64,000 nt of DNA from Fimbriosthenelais zetlandica (Eukaryota): NCBI GenBank assembly GCA_977030845.1, contig OZ365118.1, positions 21,204,001 through 21,268,000 of the forward strand. Direction: 5' to 3'. Both the position numbers and the translations under genes were made by a program. Shown here in pieces: positions 1 to 14,100 of this stretch. Below the pieces are notes generated by a model. It was given only the letters and a program-made list of their open reading frames with translations, was not told the origin of the DNA and ran no database searches. Each line of letters begins with the position of its first letter. The stretch's first letter is position 1.

Positions 1-3000
1 GCATGTGAATAGTTCCTTTCGAGGGCATATAAAAGGACATTACTATCAGCTAGTAGTTGAAAAGCACCTGTAAGTGTAAGCAAAACCGTATCATTACAAA
101 ACACGATACCTTTTAATAGAAATTAGATCCTGATAAAATTTCCACTAGAGACTAATTGATATTAATTTGCATCAAGAACAAAAAACAAAAAATGTGACCC
201 AATTCAGCCTTATCCCCTTCCCCCAAGCAAACTAGGACCCCCCCCCCCCCCCCCCTCTTCTTTCTCCCACTCCCAGACAGGCAGACAGACTCCCCCAAGT
301 AGACTCCCCCATCTCTTCCCCTCCCATTCCCCCCTTTTTCCCCCATACTAATCGAGCACGCACAGCCCAGCCAGCCCCTGGGCCAGACAAACTCTATTAT
401 CTAACCCCTGGGACATAAACATTTCTCTATTATAAATAATTATAAAATTAAATCAAGAAAACATTAAATTATATACAAAGATAAGTACACAATCACATCA
501 CTATTTCACCATCTAATGCCTCGCTGTAAGTATTAAACATGTCCCCTATGAATGTGTTGCATAAATTATTGCGCAATTTGTCTGGACAGCAAGGTTAATT
601 ATGCTACAAATGTCTTGATGGTGAATTGTATAACTCAAGCCGTGAAGGTATGCAGTTGGTGGTGTTAACAGAAATAATCTTATTCAAACCAATACTTCTA
701 TTTAATCACCTGGCAAATGATCAATGTTTCGACCTTTTTATCCCAATGAATTCTGTTTTAACACCTTTGTTGACATTATATTGACGCTTAAGCAGTATGT
801 AATATAGATGACTCATGAATTCTATGACCATTCCGGAAAGCTCCCATTAACACCTGTGATAATGAAACATCTTAATATATAGTCCTCAGTTCTTGAGCTG
901 TTGTGAGGTATAGGCCCTCTCTGATTAGGGAACACCTTCAATGTGTTCAACGTTCTACATAATCCCCACATATTGTCAAAATCTTTAGAAATTAGTTTGA
1001 AATGTCGATTACTATTTCATTAAGATGTCAGATAATACCTAAGTATACTCTAGAGGGATTAGGAGAAACCGTTCACAGGTCTCGTGAGAATAGATAGAGG
1101 GCTATACATGCAAGGCAATACTTGATTACGTAATATTTCGTGACAAAGAAAGTGTCAGCCACTGCATTATTGAATGCACCTTTAGATATACCCTGGGAAT
1201 ATGAGAAACAAGGATGCCGAGGCCTTCAAAATAGGCAAAGTAAAAGCCCCATTAGTGAACACCACTGATTAAAGAACACCTGTGAACAGTGAACACTTCT
1301 TTAGTGCCGAGCTCGTTTCCCAGGTTCCCTTTTATCCGGGAACTTGCTCTCACTCCCCGCTTTACTACAAAATGTAGAAATGATGTTAATTATTTTTACC
1401 ATTTGTTTCAAACTCTCTCCCAATTTTAATTAACTTTAGTCGACATTATACTGCCAAATCATTTTTTTAAATCCTATACATTGAATTTCACTATTGTTTG
1501 TTAGATAAACTTTCCAATATAAAAAGGTCCATAGAATTTCAACAACGCGCTACTTTAACACACTTTCCATTGGCAAAAACATAGACAGAATTTCAACAAT
1601 GCATTGCTTTTCTTTGGTCAAAACAAAATGTGCGAAAGGCCATCCGGGACCATACAAACACATGGTAAGTGTTTATTCCCGTCTGAGGTCAATGGAAAAG
1701 TACTATCCCGACTCTCGTTAGTCGGTAGTCATTTGCATAGAGTTGATTTTCTGGTAGATGGATGTGTGGCCATCAGTGGGGGGACATATACATATATAGA
1801 AGCTTGTGTTAGTGTAATTTATAGGCCGGAGGACATCCTCCCTACTCTTTCATCTCTTTAAGGCCATGAGTCATTGAGCCGATGCATCTCAGAATGATCG
1901 GTCGACCGTAAGGCATGTAGAAGTAGGTGTAAAGTTAGAATTCCCCGAAGTCCTCAACATTTCTGAACTAACTGATGGATTTGTTAAAGTTGGAAATTGA
2001 GGAAAAGTTGTTATAAAGTGGCTATTTGCAACAGATTGCTGACCCGATGGATATTTCGAGGGAAATTCTAACATTCATTTGAAGTTCTAACATTGGCTGT
2101 TTTCAGAATATGCACATGTTGTGCCAATGGACATAATATTTATATAGTTTAGTGTGTATGATCCTTATCTAAGAGATTACAATACATAACAATGATTAGA
2201 ATGTGAGAATATAAGCCAAACAGAATCATTTATCAACACAGAATTTCTGAAGCTTCTGGTTGACAAAAGCCCCCATAAATTCTCGTATCATTCTCCCGCA
2301 TGATGGGAACATAATTTTAGACGCAATAGATCAGGAATAAAGTGACGGGAGCCATGACTTTCAAGCATTATTTGATAATATATCTTGATGTACACCGTAC
2401 ATTTTCATTGTCCCTTCCATTCATAGTCTAAACATTGCAACATTTTATCCAAGTGGGGTCAGAGTTCTGAAAACGAAGTACATTGCGCCTATTTTACGAA
2501 CCTCTTTTGCTTTCTAAGGGAAACATTGTGAACGCACATAAAGATAGGCTATCTTGAGTGTGTTAACCTGCACTCCAAACGTGCAAGTTGAAAAATTAAG
2601 TTAAAATGATCTTGAAAAAAATGGCCTTAAAAATGTATGTAGTAGACCTAATCCAATGCTTCTCAAACACCCCTAAGTTTGCAAAAAACTTTTTTCAAAT
2701 TTTCATACACACTGTTACATACATATTCAATTATACACTCAGACTAAACCCAGCCCATCCTATCCCTAAAGCGCACGTTATTTGAAATGAAACCATGTTT
2801 CTGCTTGGATAAACATGGACTTTTCCTATACCATCTCCGGAACCCAATGAAGGAGTAAGTACTTTTCCATGACAGATTTAAAGTCTACTTCTACATACAT
2901 ACACACATACATGATTTACTGGCATCCCTTATTTTATTTCCTATTACATTTACAATGTATTCTTCTTCAGTTAATTCATAACCCTTTATATAATTGCTCT

Positions 3001-4823
3001 TAATAATTATTATATAAAATAAAATATACAAAATTTAAATAATCTCTATGAAACTAAGCTTTGTTCCGTCAGTGATATCTTGAATATTTACAATAATGAA
3101 CCTTTTTTGAAATAAAAATCATCAATTGAGAGAAAGCAGAGATGAAACTCAGAGGCCCGTCACATCAGGAATAATAAGCGTTGTACATCAGGCTATATGG
3201 TAAGTCTATAGTCTAATGACGCGCATCTCCTTATGTAACAGCTCTCTGGATAATGCTTGATCATTTACAAAATTATACATATTCATATTATATACATAGG
3301 TAAAAACCATCTTCATGGTTATTAATATAATTATTTTATATACAGACCGTAGACCCAGTATATTTATAGTCACACCATTGTTAATACTGGTAGAAAGGAT
3401 TTGACAGGATAAACACTTTATTTGGCAGGCCTATCTAAAACGTTAGGCAATTTCTATTTCAAATGCAACGGAGATATTTTTGGCTATTTTCCATTATGTA
3501 TACCTACTTTTCTCGTATATATAACTGCAATTTGTACATTAAATACAACAAGGAATGTATAAAGGTCCTTGAAAGTATTAATTCAATCTTGAATGTACAG
3601 GAAAACACTTTTCCACTGTTCATAATATAGGAAGCAAGATGAATGCCAAATGAATGCAAGACAATTGAAAATTATAAATTTCGAAAAGTTTTAAAATCAA
3701 TTTTAAATGAGCTAAAATCAATTGCAATTGCATAATGAATCCTTTCTTATGCTGGAAGGAAATGTATTCTTTAAATTTGATTTCGAAAAGTTATAAATGT
3801 TCAATGAGTGTAGAGTGGACATTTTACAATAATTCTAAAGTTTTATACATCTTCATATCAAAATAGAGTAATCCTTTTCGATATGCATCATTACTGGGTA
3901 GGGATGTGGGGTGGGCAGGGGTAGGTGACAGGGGATGGGGGCGGGTATGAGGGTTTAACTATTTGGCCTACACTATGAGGACTTTCCAGAAAGCCCTTCT
4001 CAATAATATACATCTATATTTATCAAGAGCATAAGGCTTACACCATTTCTGCATCACAAAGCTTTGGTCCACAATATGTATTCACATTATTCACTTCATG
4101 AATACCTAATACATCTGGCGAGAATGAGTTCTACACTTATGCACGAAACAATGATTTGCAACTCTCATAAACATAGAATTATATGGCAATACTCTCGATA
4201 TTTCGATGGGTTATGCAACGAGAATAACCGTTACACAACGAAAATGACCATTTTAGGATGGAAGATAAAAGGATTAAGATCAGGCCGAATAGAATAAAAT
4301 TAAAACTGCGTAATTCTAGCACCCATTGGTTTCATTTCAGGGAAGAATGTTCAGATGGTTAAAAGTAACTGGTGATTAAGTAGTACTAGGATCAATACTT
4401 CATAATCTGCTCAACAAAACGCCTTTAATGTCCGTTTGAGAGAAATCTCTATGGAATCAATTTGGAATTCAAGAGCAGGAAACCTGCTCAAAACTAAATT
4501 CAGAACAAAACAAAAAACTGAAAATTCAGGAAAGAAAATTGTTTCTATAGCAACCAGGCAGCAGTATCAGGTGGTGAGCTTATTATGATTAACACTGACA
4601 CTGTTATTGTTATGTTATGCCCTGTTATTGAGATATGCCCTCATTTGGTCGCACATTGTAGAAAATATCTAAATAATTCAACTCCCCACATGACACTGGG
4701 ATAACAAAGTTCTATCGCAGTCTTTCTTATTTAGTTGACTGAGGGATGTGGGTATCTTCTCATTCCATTCATTTTCATCTCCGTTTAGATTTCATTCTTT
4801 AACACCGGTAGTATATAATCACA

Positions 4824-5016
4824 TAGGTTGAATCCTCCAGTAGTGAACACTCTCATGAGCACTACTCATTCAGGGACACATCTCAACACTTTTTCCCACA
4901 GTCCCAACTCCTCACAGACATGTCGAAGACACCCCTGTTTGTTTAGAGAACACCTCCATATAGTCAACTATTTTTTGCATTTCCCAAAATGTTCACTTTA
5001 CCGAGCCTTTACTCGA
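4824..5016. mobile_element. Degenerate copy of the same MITE family in the SLC6 3' UTR
   Basis: Ends resemble AGTGAACAC / TGTTCACT; shares the internal CCTCCA(T/C)ATAGTCAAC motif with the 47097 copy. Further partial ends occur near 1236-1310 and 47604-47645. Confidence 0.45.
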
Positions 5017-5151
5017 TGTTGTCCATAATGGGGCTTTGCGAGTCATTCTGATAAAGGTTCGGTGACGGTGGCGCCTCCCCATGGCTAACAGCTGAACCAA
5101 CACTTCCGGCTGTTTTAGTACATTCACGTTAGGTGTCACTACAGTGAATTA

Positions 5152-8100
5152 TCACACCAGATTACTGTCATCGCGGCCTGGGGCTGAGAGGGGGACCTTC
5201 TCTGGACTGATAAGGTCAGGGTTGATCTTGTCCTGAGCCCCTACACCCTGATCTCCCTCGTCCCCGGCAGCCACCACCTCTGGTTGGAGGGGTTGTGTAC
5301 TGGATACCATCTCCAGTGTAGCGCCCGCCTGTATGTGACCCAGAGAGACCATGTAGAGGCGTCTGTGCTGCTCCAGCGCAGGCCCCCATTCCTCATCTGG
5401 TTTTATCAATTTCTTGATTCTCTGTTGAGAAGAAATGATTCAAAACCGAATGATTGCTGATCGAATAATGGGAAATTCTTATCTTAATTCTTATCTTAAT
5501 TCATAAACAATTAAAAAAAGATATAGTAGTGCCTACTTACTTGTAGCAATGTTCCTTCCTCTTTGATAATTTTAATGAACGCCACTAATGGTAAAGGTAC
5601 GAGAGAACAGAGTGCGAACATCCAGCCTATACCCACAGCCCAGCCGGGGTAGGTGTAGTCCCCGTACGTGACAGGTGTGTGCATGATCATGCTGAACAAC
5701 AGGACACACTAAAAAAACACGAGAAAAGATCCAAATTTATATAAAACATTCAATGATTAGAAATGAAATTTCAATGGAAAAAGTCTATCATTTGCAGTCC
5801 GAATATAAGGTAATTTCCCAATAAAACACTCAGATGGTATGATGTAAGCCTACTATATTGGTTATAGACCCTTCTATGACTTACCATAATCATGAAGGGT
5901 GTAATAAAGCCCCATGTAATCTTCCACCAGCGACATGGCTTGTACCCGATCATCAGCTCAATGTCCTTATACAGTCTGTCCAAACCTGAATAAAACATTT
6001 CAAGTTATTCTGTGATTTTCATCTTTCTATAAGCATATGTTGTATTCTGTGCAACATTTCTTGGGTTCACATATAAGTTCATTCCAAGGTTAATAGACAA
6101 TATGAATGTGAACTTACCATAGATCCAGGAGATAACGAGACATTCGCTGAGTGAGAGGATCATGAGGGAGAAGGTGGAACTGTACCAGTCCATGATCTGC
6201 AGGAAGTAAATCCCTCCCTGAAAATAGACAGTCATACAATGAGCAGGTTATAGTCTTTAACGCAATAAAAATCATTTTAAACATGGCAAGACCTCTTGTA
6301 GCATTGTAAAGGATGAGACTGCTCAGTGAGCCTATTACTTTGATGTAAAAATATTCTGTAAAAGTACCTTCTAAATAACAATTAATAGATCAACAGAATC
6401 ACTCACGTTGGTGATGCAGGGGATACCGAGCAGGAACTCCATGAAGCAGAGACCCGCGGTGACGAGCATTTTCTTGGACCTCAGGAACTTGAACTCATCC
6501 AGTAAGGCACTGGTCATCGTCTCAAACATTCCAAACTGCAAACAGTGAAGGCAGAGTGAGTATTGGTCAGTCCGCAAACCCCCAAACACACAGAGACAGT
6601 GAATACAATGTAGACCCAGCCTGCAAACTCCTGAGCAGTTCAGCAAGCCACAAGTAGTTGACATAACTGCTTCTAAATCTCATAGCATGCCCTTAATATT
6701 TTATTACTTTTTCATTTCTAGTATGTTCTAGAGCTCAGTTATGAAGTGCAGAAGGACGTAAGAATTTGTAAGAAATATATTGAGGTTTTTCACAGCTTTT
6801 GAAGACCGGAATCTACAGGCTGGGTCATGTCACCTGGAACTTTTTGAGAACTTTTTTAATGCCAAACTTGGTGATGAATCAAGGTGTAAAAATAAACAAT
6901 GAAACAAGAGAGGAGGACAAATGTGTCGATGAGGCAATCAATGGATTCATTCTACTATAAAATAATAGACAACCACTTTCTCTCAGAGTCCAAATAGTCT
7001 CATCTTACACATGTGGTTTAAAAATCGCCTTTGTAGAATGCAATTTGTTCAATCACCTTTTGCAAATACAATTTGGATTTCTAACCCACGTTTTTTGTTC
7101 ATCCAACGACCCATGGTCGAACAGACGCAATACTTCCATTCACCATCATTACAATGATGATCATTTTAGATCCAAATTCTCCATGAATTAAGGGGAAGTT
7201 TGATAGAAGTATTTACGTAAGCATGTCAAATTTGATAGCTCACATCTTACATAGAAATTGTTTGCAAAATATTAAATTCATATTTTGGACCCTTTGGCCC
7301 ATAACTCTGCGAATTGACCATAATATATTGAACTACTCGACCATGGGTGCGTTATGCTAAAATATACCAAGGACAGCTACAAATATATGAGCTAATACAA
7401 ATGATAATAACCCCTTTCATGAGATGAACATGGTGACTTAATGAGTAAAGTTGCATAGTTATTTATTAGCCAACTGAATAGAAAAGTTAGAGCTTAGAAC
7501 ACGACCTAGCAGGTTTGTGGGGAGCCGCGACCACTCGACCTCGTGAGCACGCCGAGCTGCCGTCTCCACAATCTGTCACGTGAAACAACAAAAGACTTGA
7601 ACCATTCAATTCATAATTAATCGTTACAAAACAGTAGATCTTTAACCCTCAGCATACCAACTGCCTTATCAGAACATTCCTAATAATCTATTCTCTTGCT
7701 AAGACACTTCTTCCACAGTTAGTAGTCGGTGAGGCACAGAACCTGGTACAACTATTTTGACTATTTTTCAGTAGGTTAGGCAGTTTTCTGACATTTGAAA
7801 CTGTTAGTATTGAAAAGAGCCATTAGGTCAGGATCGTAAATATAGCCTAATCAGACTAAGAAGTTAAACAATTCTGGTGTTTTGGTAATTGTTGATCTTC
7901 AAGGTACATGTATTTCGGAGAAACCTTGATATATACCTAAGCATTGAGTTTGCTAAATGATCTAAGGTAAGGTATTAGGCATTTCTCTATAAGCATCAGC
8001 AGCATTCACGTCTTCAAATTCTAACATATACCCTGTCTCATATTAACCTTCCACATACCTAAGAGACTATCTTTCACAACTTCCTATGTCGACAGAATTC

Positions 8101-11100
8101 TGCTGTCCTACTAGTTCCATTTAAGTGTCCTAAAATTTGCTTTCAAATGATATTTGTACAAAGCAGCTGAACTAAGCTTTTAAAAAATAGTCGGAAAAAC
8201 TGATTCTTCAGTTTCAGTCAGAGAGTTCAGAATATTGATAGAGTATGCACCCAATAATGCATTTGATGACATAATAAAAATCTAATAGCATGATCTATCC
8301 TAAGTTTTGAAAGAAGATAAGAAAGTAGTTTTTAAACAGGGAGTACTTAGATCTAAGGTGATGCTCCAATTTCATAAACCAAGGAGAAAATTGGCAAAAT
8401 AAAATCTGTGGGAAAAAGTTGAAGCAGAAGCCTATAGTTTTCAGATAGCAATAATGAAAATCAGCTACATGTACAGTAATCAATTGGCCAGAAAATGGAT
8501 AAAATAATAACCAAATAACTTTGTTATACGATAAATAATGACACAAAACACTTGAAATATCAATCATGTGTGGAGGGCACAAGTCCTGGAGTAATTTTTC
8601 TAGTTTATCGGAACAAAATCTCACTCCATGCATGAAGAATCATAGCCATGCTTCTTCCCTCTCTACCCAACATGTTTTAGAACCCTTTATAAACATCAAC
8701 TTGAGGTTAAACTTTAACTGTTTTAATTATAAGATATTAAACTGCGTTTGTGTGCCCACCCATGTTTACTACCCTTCCATGAATATCATGTGACATTTAG
8801 TCCTTTTTCTAACATTTTCCCTTGCAATATTATCAGGGTTCATAGAGTTGGTGGAAACAATATTTCCAAAAGTGTATCATCACAAAATAGCTTTTTCCAG
8901 AACTATATTTTTCGGCTTACGTTACCTCGACGAAGAACTGGGATATTTTGTTGGGAGATAACATAATTTTGTGTATTATTCAAGGAGATTCTAAGTGTTT
9001 TTATGGCTTTCCTGTACTCGAAAAGTTGAATTTTCCAGGAGTCTGCGAACCCTGCATATCGATGCCCTTTTGTATGTAGTATGTAGTATTTATTTCCCAT
9101 ATTATTATCTTCCCTCTTATATATATACATTATGACTACCACTCAAGCTGTTACCATGTTTAGACACGGGCGAGTCCTCCGTTGACACACGGCCGCTGGC
9201 TGCCCAAACCAACTTACACCTGTACGTATTGCCACCACAGCCGCAGTCAGAAGCAATGCCGGTAACTCAAACATCCCAATTCAGGATACACGAGTTAGAA
9301 AAATTGCCTAAAGAGTACTTTTTTTGGTAAATTTAGTCACAAGTACCAAGGTGTCCAAATTTTCCCCAGTAGTAATTTCCCTATCAATCGCTTCCTTTTA
9401 AAGTTGATATGTAGGAAACATTCATGCGACATAAGATTGTTTAATAGCAACATTCTGATGAATCTGACGGATTCTTGATTCCACTGAATATAGTTTAATG
9501 TATTACCTACATTGGTAATTGAAAGGCTATGGATGCCTAATTCAAAGATAAAGTCCTTCTTGTCAAATTGAAATCCGATATACTGGGGCATACTGTAGTC
9601 CTGTGACGTCCCATTTTTCTTTCCGTTGCAAAAGAAGGGCGATCACCTTCCAACGGCCAAAGAAAATTGCAAGGGTTCTTAAATTGGACACCAGGCTTTT
9701 AAAAATTCACCCAAAATATCAACCAAAATCATTCAGAATATAATTTCAATATCTCCAATTACACCAGCATTGCTTTTGATGCCAGATATGTTTTGGGAGG
9801 AACAGTAATTGTGTAACATGGTTAATAGCATGTATACTTGACATTGTTGGTTCAGTGAAGAATTGTATGACAAGCATCTTGGTCGATCTTACCATTGGCA
9901 ATACTCAAGTCTGATGATGACTATCCTAACTTATGAACAAATATTTTAAACTCTGAGAAAACGATGATTTTAATGTATTTTAAGACTTTCTTTCGAAGAA
10001 GTGCAGAGGGAATAGTGACCACCAGCTTGAGCATAATCAGGTACGCAGAAGATTTTGAATTGGAGATTGAATAACAATTGTTTGCAGAGCATTCAATAGA
10101 AGTTGTCGTAGTTACTGAGGAAATAGATCCACCAAGATGCTTCAACCAATATGGCTTATTTCAAACAAAAGATTCTTCCTTCCTAACTGGTACGTTTTTC
10201 AGATCGGACAAATAATATCCAAGGAGATGCTTAACATTTAGTTCCTCGTTTAAAACAGCAAACATTTGTATCTTAAATCTATAATAAACTTGACCGAGTT
10301 GTGACCCAAAAGATTGAATCCTTCCCTTGTACCAGTTAAGAATAGTATGCATGCTAAGGCTAAAGATGGAACACCAAATAAGCAGGGGAAAATGAAAAGT
10401 TAAGAAGATATACTGGATAATAAATATGAAAAACGGTATAAAAAGATTTAGTAGTCATGAGGCCGATGCACCTCCTGACAAATTTACATCATCTCAACTG
10501 TGGGAAAAGACTATATTTACTTTTACTTATATCAGAGGCTTAAAAATTAGCTTTATACGTAGCCAAGAATATATTCAAGTTACATGACTAGTTTAAAAGC
10601 TAAAAATAAAAAGCGAAGCAATTTTATGAATCATTGCTTGAATTTCTTTTTGACATTTCGAAATAAATAATATTGAATTCAGCATTCAATCTAGGTTTAC
10701 AACAGTCATACCATATGTGGTGACATGGCTCTTTTCTATCTTCAAACCATGCGGTTTTACTTTAGCTTTTTGATAACCATTTGAATGACTAAAATGGTAA
10801 ATGGTAAACGACCCAAATTGTCTGTCAGCAATCTATTTGCATTCGGAAGCATATATTGAAATGTCATCTGAATTGAGATTATATTCTTGAGATTTGAACT
10901 CAGACCTTGATAAAATTCTGACATTGTCCTAAAACTTTAAATAATTTTAATATATTTGAATCTGAATAAATTTAAATGTAATATAGTTGCAGCATGATAG
11001 TTAGTGTCACTGTTGTGACAGACCAACATAACCTTATGTACTTTGTCAGTCAAAATAACAGTCTGTGACAGACATACCAAACCATGTTTTATGGACATTC

Positions 11101-14100
11101 AAGCTTGTATTCAACATCCAATTGACACCTGACACACTCCCTGTCATGCATTTTAACCACTCGACCCAAGCACAACCTTTATTTTAATGAAATTATTCAA
11201 TATTTACCCTCTATAGTTTATCATGCTGTAACTTCAAATAAATCTGGGTCATTAAACCACCAAGATAGTCATCCATAGGTAATTTCCAGTAGCAATTTTC
11301 AAAATAGAATTTACTTTAATTCTTGGTTTTAAATTAGTTCTAATAGCAACATTGTCTGCGAAAACTATTTATAATGTACTTAGAACCTCACATATATTGT
11401 ACAAATTTATTCTTGAGAATTTCTAATGATTCCTGAGGAATTTTCCAGAAATGATAGCATGGTTTTACAGCTACATGTGGGCACAAGATGGTCATGACTG
11501 TGGCGGAGTCCCCTGCCTTTGGTATTCCATGAGAAGGGTGGAAAAAGAAGGGAAGAAGAAGGGAAGAGGTGGGTTACCTGACTGTCAAGACCGATGGTGA
11601 AGAGCATGAGGAAGAAGAGAATGGCCCAGAGAGGGGAGAAGGGCATCTTAGACACAGCTTCCGGGTACACGACAAATACCAAGCCTGGACCTGCAGAACA
11701 GAGGGAAGAGGTTAGACACATAGAACGCTGATCACGATACAAGGATGATATACCTTCAATCGTAAGAGTTTTAGTAGAAAATCACATCCGCAACGAGGAA
11801 ACGGGGGTACGAGACCTCGTCAGTGACGAGGTTGATATCAATGCATAACAGTTCATATACATGTACCTTATTATGAACATCAACTTTGTCTCAGAAAGAT
11901 AATTAATGATAAGGGTCATGTTCGTACCTTGAGTGACAACTTCCTCGATAGTGCTCCCTGTTTCATGAGCCATGAACCCAATAATTGAGAAGATGACAAA
12001 ACCAGCAAAGATGGAAGTGGCACAGTTCAGTATCGGCACAATCTTCGCATCCCTGAAACAGTGTTATTTATTCATTTAGGCAATTATTTCATCAAGTGTT
12101 TCTTAAGTCTTTCTTGGAAACTAATAATTAAAAATTAAACACAAAGGTGATTAATTACTTGTAGCAATCATGGTGGAACTTGTTGTAGCTGGCCATTGTA
12201 ATTAGAGCACCCCAGGCGGCACCCACACTGTAGAAGATCTGCATAGCAGCTTCACCCCAGACCTGGAAATTAAAAGACAAATCAAAACACATTATAGGTA
12301 TGAACAAAATAAAGGACAAAGGACAAGAAAAGGACATTGAAAATGTCCCTTAACTAACAATCCGAAGTCATCCATTCATTTGCTTAAGAACTTGTGAAGA
12401 CTTTGGTCGCGAGTCTTGGTAAACACCCTGTTTTTAATTAAGGATGGATTCACAGCTTTGTGCTGCCACCTGAACAAATCTGAAGTGCGTCATCACTGGA
12501 ATATGTGGTCACAGCTGTGTAATTGCCCTTTATATGCTGCCAGACAAACTAATTTCACTTCAATTAATTTTACCTTTACAGATTATATTACTTTCATAAC
12601 AACCTTCCCAATGGTATTTAAATGAAAAGTCATGGCTAGAATAGACGATGAACGCCTACGGTTGCTTTCCTTTTTCTTGTCATGCGACTTCAGAAAAAAC
12701 ATCAACAATCGAATTGACCAAATAGATTTTCTAATCAAATCGCAGATGTTATGTATTCGCTTGATTTACGGGCGTACTTTCTCTGCTAGCGGTGCACAGA
12801 GATATAGAGCGAGAGACCAGCTGCCTCTATAAAAAGTCACCTGTGAAATGAGTAGGCCCACGAAAATCATTCTGGTGATTTCGATCGGTTTTAGATTCAA
12901 TTTGAATTGTAAATTTTAATGACTATTTGGGTACAGATTTCATTGTAGGGGATATATGTTAATGTGCTATCAATGGGATATCAGGTAGATATATGGGGCT
13001 GTGCAGTGTGGTAGACAATCATGCTAGGCTAATGATGCAATACAGATAATCACATGTATTGACTATAGACAGGTGTACTGCTTGCCTGAGGCTGGGGGAT
13101 GGGGAGAGGCTGGCATGTAAGTTCCATGCTACATCATAATCATCATCATTAGGTCTTTCATGTTAAGCAGGTGACCAAGGCCCGAGTAAGGAAATTTCCA
13201 TCACGACCTCCATGTGGAATGGGAGGCAGGAGCAGGAGGCGGCAGGAGGAGGAAGGAGGAGGAGGGCTTATGATGGGGCCTGCAGATGCTACAAGAGCAG
13301 ATGCTCAACCAGCAGATGCTCAACCAGCAGATGCTCAACCAGCAGCAGCCAGCACTACATCCAGTGACAAAACACCTCACTGTCTCTTAAACCCCTCCCC
13401 CACTGCGCCGATTATCCTTGCGAAACACATCACAGGGAGAATCTGACTAGTAGAGGATCGCCTTTTGGCTTTGGCTCCTTAATTCAACTGCAAGTTATAA
13501 GTTTTATTTCTACATAATGTCATTGCATTGCTGAAAACTGTGTCGCAGGTATGTCGTACCAGTGGAGACTGGCCTTTATATATGACAAATATAAGTCCAT
13601 TTTTCCACTGTGAGCTCATGACATTCACCAAAAGCTGAACACATCATGTGGGGTCATTGATCATAATCAACCCAATACCATTGATTAGAAGATTGATCTC
13701 ATGATAAGGGAGGAGCCTAGGGTTGTGTCTGGCCGCTGGTTAATGATTTGGCATCATGGAATGTTATTAAGCTGGCCATTGTCAACAAATTGTAGCTCGG
13801 GGTATGGCGGTGGTATCAGCAGCGTTAAAGAGGCAGCAAATTCAGATTACAGCTATCAAGGCAGAACCAGCAAGAGCTCTTAAATGGTTCAATCCACTGA
13901 CAATCACTGATAAGATCGCTAAACTGCCAGGGTTCCAGAATTTCAGATTTTTCAAATTTTCTGAAAAACTTTCTGAATTTCCAGGATGGCAAGGAACGCT
14001 GATTCTGAATTCCAATACCAGAAAACTTTCTATTTTAGCATCAAAGACTAATGAGATGTGGCCTTTTATAAGGCGGTAATGGACAGGCCTGAGTTGGCAG

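Noticed and set aside
1600-2100. Possible retroelement remnant downstream of SLC6
   Set aside because: No convincing RT, integrase or transposase motif in any frame by eye.
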